64,000 nt of DNA, taken from Macrostomum lignano. Taxonomy: Eukaryota. The notes under the pieces are model-generated. The model saw nothing but the letters and a program-made list of their open reading frames with translations, had not been told where the DNA came from and ran no database searches. Of the stretch, positions 10,745 to 20,700 are shown in pieces (positions within the stretch are counted from its first letter, which is position 1; each line of letters opens with the position of its first letter). The stretch lies in the NCBI GenBank assembly GCA_002269645.1, contig NIVC01001925.1, positions 157,225 to 221,224 of the forward strand, written 5' to 3'. The translations under genes were made by a program, and so were the position numbers.

Positions 10745-12590
10745 TCAATTGTGCTGACTAGCGAACTCAAGAAACAATTCGTACAGAAAGATATTCTCTT
10801 CTAGGAGAAGCTCCCCAGCGCGAAGAGCGGTGCGGCTTCGCTTCAGGGTCTCCAGCTGCTCCCGTTCCGGCGGCGTCAGCAGCTGAGCAGCCTGAGCTCG
10901 TTGCTCGCTTAGCTCGGCCGATGCGTCCGAGTTCCCGGCCGAATCGGCGGCCGAGATTTGAGCATCGAGATTTTTTAAAAGCTCTTTGACGCGCTGCCTC
11001 TTGTCCAGCAGGCGCCGGTTGGTGGCCACCTCGGCAAGGCGGCGGGTGAGCAGCCGGTCCTGAGCAGTGAGGGGCGGTTGAGAAGGGACGACTCTTTGTG
11101 CCGAATTGAGTAGCTTAAAGTGAGATTCTTTGAGGGACTGAGTAGCTTGAAGTGAGATTCATTGAGAGATTGAGTAGCTTGAAGTGAGATTCATTGAGGG
11201 ATTGAGTAGCTTGAAGTGAGATTCATTGAGATTGAGTAGCTTGAAGTGAGATTCATTGAGATTGAGTAGCTTGAAGTGAGATTCATTGAGATTGAGTAGC
11301 TTAAAGTGAGATTCATTGAGTGATTGAGCAGCTTAAAGTGAGAATCTGAGAGACTGAGTAGCTTAAAGTGAGATTCTTTGAGAGACTGAGTAGCTTGAAG
11401 TGAGATTCATTGAGATTGAGTAGCTTAAAGTGAGATTTATTGAGGGATTGAGTAGCTTGAAGTGAGATTCATTGAGATTGAGTAGCTTAAAGTGAGATTT
11501 ATTGAGGGATTGAGTAGCTTGAAGTGAGATTCATTGAGGGATTGAGTAGCTTAAAGTGAGATTTATTGAGGTATTGAGTAGCTTGAAGTGAGATTCATTG
11601 AGATTGAGTAGCTTAAAGTGAGATTTATTGAGGGATTGAGTAGCTTGAAGTGGGATTCATTCAGAGACTGAGTAGCTTAAAGTAAGAATCTTTGAGATTG
11701 AGTAGCTTAAAGTGAGAATCTTTGAGAGACTGAGTAGCTTAAAGTGAGATTCTTTAAGAGACTGAGTAGCTTAAAGTGAGATTCTTTAAGAGACTGAGCA
11801 GCTTAAAGTGAGATTCTGTGAGTGATTGAGCAGCTTAAAGTGAGATTCTGTGAGTGATTGAGCAGCTTAAAGTGAAATTCTTTGAGGGACTGAGTAGCTT
11901 AAAGTGAGATTCTTTGATACATTGAATAACTTAAGACGATTTTAAGTATTTCGTCTTGGCCTAGGTGACATCATACAAGCCCGTTTTACCTGATAAGCGT
12001 GCATGTTGAGCAGCAGTTTCCTGGTTGTCTGCTCTAAATTAACGTGAAACAAATAGTAGGCGGTGTTGGGCCGGGGGTTCATGAAGTCGGCGGCCCGGCT
12101 GAGCTCGGCGCAGTGGACGAAGCCGTCAACCAGCAGGCGGTAGAGCAGCTCCTTGCAGTCGCGGCCGCCGATCAGGACGTGCGACTCCAGCTCCGCCTGG
12201 GTGAGATTCGGCTCCTCGGACAGCGCATTGAACACTCGGACGGCCTTGTCGCCGAGGCGTTGGCGAATCACCGCGGCTACGGACTGGCGAGTGAGGCTGA
12301 AAATGGCGCGCCTGAACAGAATGCGGAACTGGCCGCCCGCTGCGCCCGACTGCCGCTCGATGAAGCCGTCTTCTGCCAGGCTGGACAGGTGCTGGTCCAG
12401 CTGGGCGGGGAGGCAGGTGAAAATGTTGATAGATAATAGATAAAAGACAGAAAGACAGACAGCCAGACAGGCAGATACTAAGAAAGACAGACAGCCAGAC
12501 AGACAGACAGAAGTCAGTCAGACAGACAGACAGACAGACAGACGGACAGACAGTCAGTCAGACAGACAGACAGACAGAAGTTAGTCAGTC

Positions 12591-12631
<41 letters not shown>

Positions 12632-15600
12632 GGCAGGCAGACAGACAGACCAACAGACAGGCAGACAGACAGACAGACCAACAGACAGGCAGACAGACAG
12701 ACAGACAGACAGACAGGCAGGCAGGCAGACAGACAGACCAACAGACAGGCACACAAACATTCTCACCCCAGATCTGGCATCGCCGGCAGCGGAGGCGGCC
12801 AACTGGGCCACAATGTCGGCATGTGCCAACACCTCGGACTCGGCGGACTGCGCGTGACCCAGCCGGACCCTCTCGTCCACAATGTCCAGCATGGCGGCAA
12901 GCACGCGGCTCGCCTGGGCGCCGAGAACGGACGCCGCGGCCCTGGTGAGGATCGAATCGCGCCAACGGAATCGGAGCTGCTGCGCGTTGGCCGAGAATTC
13001 CTGCGCTGCCTCCTCAGGACGACGGGCGTCGGCAACTGATGTGGTCTCGGCGGCGACTCGGGGGCGCTTGGCAGGCGGTTCCTGTTGTGGGGGCCGGGAT
13101 TTGCACCGGGACTGTTACTGGATTCTCACCTGGCATCTCTCTCTCCTTTGGCATTTCTCTCACCTGTCATCTTTCTCTCACCTGGCCTCTCTCTCATTTG
13201 GCATCTCTCTCTCACCTGGCCTCTCTCTCACTTGGCATCTCTCTTACTTGGCATCTCTCTTACTTGGCATCTCTCTCTCTAGTCTCTTACCTGGCATCCC
13301 TTTTTCACCTTGAATCTCATTCCCATTGGCCATCGATACATACATCAATGTTTTCCATCTTTTTCCCCTTTGGCATCCCACTGTCAACAATCCAATCCTA
13401 CAGGGCCAACAAAAACAGTTTTTTTAAATTGATTTTCCGCACACACCAGCGACTCGTTGGACAGTTTAACAGCCGGCCCCAGCGACTCTCGAATATGTCG
13501 AAGAGCGGCCTCTCGCTCAGCCCGACTCAACGGGGCGAACGGCTTTTCAACGCGATAAATCTTGCTGCTGCCAATGACGTCATCATCTTCGAACTCGTCG
13601 TCGTCTTCGAGACGGCCGCCGCTGCCACATCCGCTGTTGTCAGCAACTGGCAGCGGGGGGACAACGGAGCCGCGGCGTTGAATAAATCGCAGCTCCAACA
13701 GGCTGGCGAAGGCGTTCAATGCGCGCAGTCCGGGATCCACGGCGGCTGGTGCCGCTGCGGCGCTAGAGGAAGCTTCATCCTCTTCGGCAAGTCGCTTAGC
13801 AACGGTTGCTAGGCAGGCTAGGAGGCCCAGCCGGCCAGAGTACAGCAGCTCCTCGATTACCAGCTCGGCAGCGTGGCCCAGCTGAGTTCGAGTCAGGCAG
13901 AGAAAAGCTGGAGCTCGATTCAGCACTCGAACTTGCGCCCAGTTGATCGAATATTCAATGGCTGAGTCTTTGCGTCGACTCAAAATTAACAGGTCGTGTG
14001 TGAGCAGCAGAGTCAGGCACTGTTGCACCTGGTTAAATATTAGTTTGAGTGGATTGAGGCTTTTTTTATTAGAGGCAGGGGGGTTGTGTGCATCCTGGCG
14101 CACTTTAAGCGACATAGGCACACTTGCTGCCCATTGCTGCCCATTCCGCCGACTCCCCTGAGCAGGCACACAAGCGCGCGGATACGTACGCAGGCACACA
14201 CTCACACAGGAGTGTACAGCAGCCCTAACTTTATATTATTGTTACGTACACTTCACTGCGCCTTGGGGGGTTGGCTTTCAAGGCTGTTAATTGCACAAGC
14301 AGAGCCAAGCCGAGATTCCAATTCAGCCCCAAATTAATGTGGCTGCACTTGGAATCGAGCCTGGGTTGCTGGCACACCAGAGCAGCTGCGCTACCACTGG
14401 GCTACGGCCTCCCTAGATTGAGGCTAACCTAACGATTAGTATATACCTGTATGATAAATTACCACTGCAACCAAAATTTCCCATATCCATATTCATAGCT
14501 AATTAATTTCCTATTACTTGCCATTACTTTATTATCATTCTCTACATAGTGCCCAATGTGGGACTATATTTCACTATAATATAATAAGGAAATATAGAAT
14601 AATAGCAATAGCTTAACCTATCACTAATTAATTGTCTCATTTATTAATTGTGCAAGAAATATGGATGGGACTGCACTGCATTCATCTTGATTTTAGCCAT
14701 CACCAATCACAATGTGTATATAGCATAAAAATCTGTTGCTTGAAACTGGCTACATTTGTTTATTTCCATTGTCTTGTCCCTTTCACCACCTATAAAATCA
14801 AGGGCTATAATAGATCTGGTAGTCTTAGCTATTAAATGGCTAATATTATTAGACATAGGAATTGTGTTTCTATAAACATCCATATCTATATATTCTACCT
14901 TAAAGATTAGTTAAGAATAAAAAAGTTTGTTATACTTGTTTGACACTTTATAATTATAATGACCTTATATGCTAAAAATATAAGAACCATTTTTGTAACT
15001 TTTTTAAGTGTTTAAAAAATTGGTTTTTATAAAGAATGACATTATATATTTTTTCATATTAACATCAAAAGATCCTAATAAGATAGGCCCTACAAATATA
15101 AGATAACAAAAGATATTGGCATCCCAATCAAACCTAGCTAGAATCTCTAAATATATATTTTAAAAAATTCTCTCTATGAAATAGTATTTTTCACTTTCTT
15201 CTAATTTATATTTGCTTTTTATTTTATTCAACTGCATTTCAAAGTTAGGCCTACCCATTTGCAAAAAAACTAGTTTTTATTGCAATCTGCCTTTTGATTA
15301 TGATTGCTAGCATTGGCATTATTAAATAATGCCAATGCTAGCAATGGCAAGTCATGGGATTCTTGTTGATAAATCTTATTGAAATTTATAATCAAAATGA
15401 TATATATGGTTATAAAAGAATAATTTTTAACTTTTAGAAATCATATAAATAGATATTTCAATATGAAATTGTCTTGATTGAAACAACATTTCAATTTTCT
15501 AAGACTTTCTAGCCCCTAGGCATACTTTAAAAAGCTCAGTTTAGCTTAATAGTGCATTAAAAATAGGCCTAACCATAATAAAAATATTTAAAAAGCTTAT

Positions 15601-15937
15601 TCATTTGATTATGACAATGTACAAATTTATAAATTAATATATAAAATTCAAAATACTGGCTTACCATTTGTAAAACTTGATTATTTGTGCTCATAGTTTC
15701 AAAAGCAAGAGATGGGCTACTTTTTTCAAAGTATTTTAAAAGTCTTAAAGATGATGAATGTGCAAGATTTTCTGCTGGAAAAAATGAGACTTTTTCACTT
15801 GGTAGCCTAAACTGCTGCATGATCATTTGTAGTGGTGATTTGCTATTTTTGCTAATGTAGAGAAAGACTGCAGCAGTTTCAGGGCCAAGGTGGACCCTTA
15901 AAAACGAGGTAATTTGATCAACAGCACTAACTGCCAT
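10745..15937 (-). CDS. POLR3C: RNA polymerase III subunit RPC3/RPC62; exons 15937-15791, 14028-13447, 13111-12767, 12400-11990, 11059-10745; 599 aa
   Basis: Winged-helix RPC3 motifs: LRVHLGPETAAV, VQQCLTLLLTHDLL, AELVIEELLYSGRL, FSANAQQLRFRWRD, IRQRLGDKAVRVF, CKELLYRLL, YYLFHVNLE, LLTPPEREQLETLKR. All joins are phase 0. The exon 1 donor is atypical, so that junction is less certain. Confidence 0.93.
11107..11925. repeat. 30-32-bp minisatellite (TGAGTAGCTTRAAGTGAGATTCATTGAG..), about 26 copies, POLR3C intron 4
   Basis: Tandem units fill almost the whole intron. Confidence 0.96.
12445..12750. repeat. (GACA)n/(GGCA)n microsatellite, POLR3C intron 3
   Basis: Direct inspection. Confidence 0.97.
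13106..13320. repeat. 16-18-bp degenerate minisatellite (CTCACCTGGCATCTCT), POLR3C intron 2
   Basis: About 9-11 degenerate units; on the transcribed strand they read AGAGATGCCAGGTGAG. Confidence 0.9.
14062..14415 (-). mobile_element. Full-length tRNA-derived SINE (354 bp) in POLR3C intron 1, sense to the host gene
   Basis: Minus strand: A-box TAGCCCAGTGG, B-box-like GGCTCGATTCC, degenerate cloverleaf head, TAATAAAAAAA tail. Perfect 10-bp TSD GATTGAGGCT at 14052-14061 and 14416-14425. Confidence 0.88.
15303..15345. other. Perfect 21-bp inverted repeat with 1-nt spacer (43-bp palindrome) in POLR3C intron 1
   Basis: ATTGCTAGCATTGGCATTATT-A-AATAATGCCAATGCTAGCAAT. Confidence 0.95.
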
Positions 15938-17755
15938 AGTTATTTTTTGCTATCCTAAATCATAATTCTACACCAATTTATCTATGGTACTTTTTAAATT
16001 TCCAATAAGTCTAAGTCCTACATATTTATTCGATGCATTCTTAAATTCTAACCTAACATTTTATACATTTGTATTATATTATGACTAATGCTATATGCAA
16101 ATTTAATAAACGAGCAATTTCTTATTAAAAACGATTACATGACCACCTCCATGAGGACTCGGACTCATTTTTTACTTGACGGAACTAACATTCGGCTTAG
16201 CAACATGCCAAGCCGTTTTGTTGGTTTTTAGTCTTAATTATTTTGCTGAAGTTTTTAAGCCAATAAATCCGAGTCACTTTCTAAAGTTATTTACATTTTT
16301 TACTTTGCGTTTGAGATAAACTTTGTTTAAACGGACTATTGTTTACAAAGGATGCAGGCAACAACGTCTAAAATTTAACATGAAAAATTTGTTCACTTTG
16401 TTCACACTAGCTAACTGTGCAGAGCGGCTGTTCTCGAAGCAAATAATGAATTCGAAAAATAACTAAAGGTAAGAAAAAATAAATATTAAAATTCATTTTT
16501 GGGAAATCTCTGGTTGGAATCGCTATGGCGTTTACTATTACATGTTTCTAGCACAGCATTTGAGTACAATGTGGAATCCCATACTTAAGAAACGCTAACT
16601 CCTTAAAAAAATTTTATTCCTGGAGCCCAAAATTAGTAGTAGGTCTTAATTACTACATCTCCTAAGTTTGACTTTCCAAGTTTCTATTAGGTTTTTTTTC
16701 TGCGACTTCATGCAACCATGTTCATATAATTTCACATGGCTATTAAAACATTCCAGGTTGCCATAAACTCCAGAATTCATAAGATCGATTTGATATGGAT
16801 AATCATCCAATGTATGTTTATCTTTCTTTAACAACGAATATTTATTAAAAATTATGTAACCTTTGCTAGCCGTTACCTGCCTTTTATTTATTCATCTTGT
16901 TGTCTCCGTACTACGAGCTATCTTATTTTCTCTCATAGTCATAGGAACTGCTTCAATGCAAAACAAAATCATAATTAAAATTCGACTTATACAATTCAAA
17001 TTGATCCGAAGAAGTTTCAGTTGCAGTTCTGATTATTTTATTAACTGAACCAGCCACTGGTACCTTAACTATTTATTATTTAATGTCGTGTTACAAACTA
17101 TACAAAACACCTGCTAGATGCACATTAATCACAACCCCCAAAGATCTGTCTAAATTGCGCTATCTACTAACAAGCAATCAATTTTTCTATGCTGTTGGTT
17201 TGGTTGATTTTCCATGATAAATATTACTCGCCTGTACAGAATATTAATTGAAGTATTAATTCATTCACTTTAATTTTTTATTGCAACAACAAATACGAAT
17301 TTATCTTTTTATTTTGACATATTTTGACAAAAAGTCCAGTTTAAGTAGCTTAAATTGTTTACAATGATTCTCACATATTAAATTGATAACCGAAAGAGGG
17401 AAGTGAACAGAAATGCGTGTGCAGATGCAGATGCAGCTCAGGTTTGAGGAGCAGTGATCAGCTAGAACTGGAAGGACTGCATAAAATACCTTTAAAAAGC
17501 ACTACGTGGAATATTTTGCCCTATATTTCGAGCAGCACCCTGCTGGAGCGGAACGGCAGTTTCTACCCCTCAGTGGAGCCCAGCTGGTCGCAGCAAGCAG
17601 CAGCAGCAGCAGCCGGCAGAGACCTGGATTATTCTCCGTACGCCAGGGCCGCTCCGGCGGCCGCCGCTCGTGTGGATGAATTCGACCTGATCCGGGCGAG
17701 TCACGTGCTCACAAGGCCGCCACCGGCTCCGGGTGGGCAGCACCAGCACCGCGGC

Positions 17756-20700
17756 ATGATGATTAGCCGGCCGCGGTCGCCAGCGGTCTCGTTGGGCAGC
17801 CTGCAGCAGCAGCAGCAGGTGAACCGGAGAAGCGGTTCGGCACCGTCGCTGAAACGGAAAGCGCCGCCGTATGCAGGTGAGGCTCGAGTCTATAACTGAT
17901 TGGCCTGTCTGGCAAATTTCATCACCACCTGAGCTAGCTCATCTCAGCTCATGGGATTTTGCATCGGTATCGATAAGTCTCTTAGTGATTGAGAGGCATG
18001 GCGGGCAGTGGACGCTTGTGGCAAAGGCTCTGGACCAGTCCAGGGGTCCAGAGGGCAAGATGCTCACGGGTTCGTAGATCTCATCGAAAGCCCGAGATGG
18101 TGCAGCTGATCCTTGTTAAAGGCTGGGCATTGGCAGACAAAATTCTGGGAATTTTTATTGTCTAGGCCACAGAAGGGGTTAAGTTCGCTAATGAGGTTTG
18201 CACGGAGGAGGTACGAGCGTATCACTAAGCAACTTAAAAGCAAAGGACAAATGAATAGAGTGAACGGGATGTGGAGCTTCTAGGAAAACTTTTAAATGTT
18301 CGTCTTTAAAGACAAGATTTTATTGGAGGCCAAAATAAGAGACAATAGAACTTTGTTGCTATCTACTAGTATTTTTGAGTCAGGAAATAAGGTGTGAACA
18401 TGAACTCTTTCTTCACATTTAAAACATTTTTTCACAAGCAATCAAAAGCCTGGCATTTGATCGACTCCATATCGATCAAAGTCTCGGAAACGGAAAGGCT
18501 TTGTCGCATCCTGATTGTGCACATGAAATTTCTGTGTCAGATATAGAATGAGGGACAGTCCCTTCTGTCTCTGTCTCACTCTGCTCAATCTGGCCGCGCC
18601 AGTCTTCAAAGTGTTTCTTTGGGAAACGTGGCACATTAAAAAAACACATCCAATTATTTTTCGGCCATCCGCAGAGCGAGTGTCCACAAACCCGCGCATT
18701 GACGCGGGCTTCGGCCCCGACCTCAAGGCAGCCTCCCCCCTGGCCGGCTACTCCGCCCTGTGCGATCCCCATCTGGTGGAATACTTCGATCGTAAATTTA
18801 CTAGCGCAGCCGGTGGCGCCGTGCAGGTGTGCTCAACTAAGCGCGAGTTCGGTCGACACGGCGAAGCTGAGCATATTGGCCTGCGGCCGAGATCCAGGTG
18901 AGACTTGTTGGACCAATTCCTTAACTTTGATCCATAGTACGCTCGGATGCAGGTGTGTGCAGGGGGCCGTCTGTACAGTGCTGAGACTGTGAAGGGTCGC
19001 AACTTGCATTCTTTTGCAGTGTGAACTAAGCTGAGCTGGCTTAACTTTCCACTCAATCACTCACGATGGCTGCACTGGGCTAGTGATCAATTCTGAGTAC
19101 TACACGATTCAGGATCTCAATTCTCAACTGAATCCAGTTCTAGATGCTGTGTCAGAATTTCTGGTTTAGGTCTGCTTACCAAAAATAATCAAGCTCAGTA
19201 AACAGCGTCTCTTGATTGTTCTTTAACCATCAAACAACTTTCGATGCGACAGCCAGCACCGCTGTACACCATGTGCTAGTGTGCCTTCCAATGTGTCTGT
19301 TAGCGTGATCAGGGGTCAGCAGAACGGGCATGACTGCGTGCCTCCTTGCTGGCTGTGAGTCAGCTTGACCATCTAACAAACCAACCATAAAACTGCCACC
19401 CGCATGCAGATCGGAGGCGCTGATCCGTCGCGATTTCACCTACAAGGTGTCCGTCACCACCAGCGACGCCAATGGTTCCGGCACGGACGCGCCCGTCTAC
19501 TTCGCCATGCGCGGCACCCTGGGCCTGATGCCGCGGCGCCGGCTGGCCAAGAAGACTTCAACAGCCAAGCGGGCCCGGTTTCGATTCAGTCGAGGCTCGA
19601 CTCAGACGTTCCGGTTTAACCTGCCAGATCTGGGCGATCTGGAGTCCGTGTCTATCGAGGTAGCTTTTCCTAGCATCCTACCGCACTATTAGTGCCTTGC
19701 AAAATACTAATTAATCAGCAGCTTACATTGTACGTCTAAAGGGTTGCTGGCTCCCGCTATTTGTTTGAAAGGCGGTGAGGCCGTGGTCAGAAAGGCGGTA
19801 GTCAGTCCAGATCACGTTCAGTATATCTAACTACGAGCGTAAGCCTAACTAATGAGGTTCTGTTGTTTTCGCAACGCACTGGCTTTTTAGCCGACCAATT
19901 ATTAATCACTATGCGTGCACGATCATAGATAGTCATAAAAAACATTAAAAGTCGAGATAGTACAGTAGAAGCAAGGATACAATCAAGGTAGAAGCTAGGT
20001 GTATGGTACAGCATTCGCATCAACTGAATTCTCTCAATTTGACTCGCCAGCACACCGGCATTGAGGAGCGGGACAGCTGGCTGCTGCAGAGCATCGAGGT
20101 CACCAACCTGCAGACAAAACGCTGCTGGATGTTCCTCAACAACCACTGGCTTTCGCTCTACAAAGAGGACGGTCAAACTTGTCGGGAACTTTTTGCTGTG
20201 CGCTGCACGAAGACCAGCTACGAGGTGGTGGTGGTCACCGGGGACCAGGAGGGCGCAGGCACGGACTCGCAAGCCTTCATCACAATCTACGGTCGGACGG
20301 GCATCACCAGGAAGCTGGCTCTGAAGACGCCAGACAACGAGAATCCGGTGTTCCGTCGCAACTCAACGCAACGCTTCGTCCTGAATGCTCCCTGCGTTGG
20401 TCCACTGAAGAAAATCCGCGTCCAGCACGACGAGTCCGGCCGGTCCACAGACTGGTTCCTCGACCGCGTGGTCGTGTCCGACCTGAAGCACCCCAAGTGG
20501 AAGTATCATTTCGCCTGCGGCCAGTGGCTGTCAAGACGTCACGGCGACGGCCAGGTGGTCCGCGAACTCGCTGGCGGCAAGGACCCGAAATCGGTGCCGA
20601 AGGCTACCACCTTCCGGGTGACGGCTTTCACGGCCAACAAGCCGGGCGCGGGGACGGATGCCGACGTCTTCATCAAGTTGTTTGGCGAGTCCGGAGTGTC

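Noticed and set aside
14340-14415. Functional tRNA gene
   Set aside because: Acceptor, D and T stems are mismatched and there is no clear anticodon loop; it continues into a SINE body with polyA and TSD.
17995-18100. Another tRNA-like SINE head (TGGCGGGCAGTGG ... GGGTTCGTAGATC)
   Set aside because: Boxes too degenerate and no shared core blocks visible; cannot be supported.
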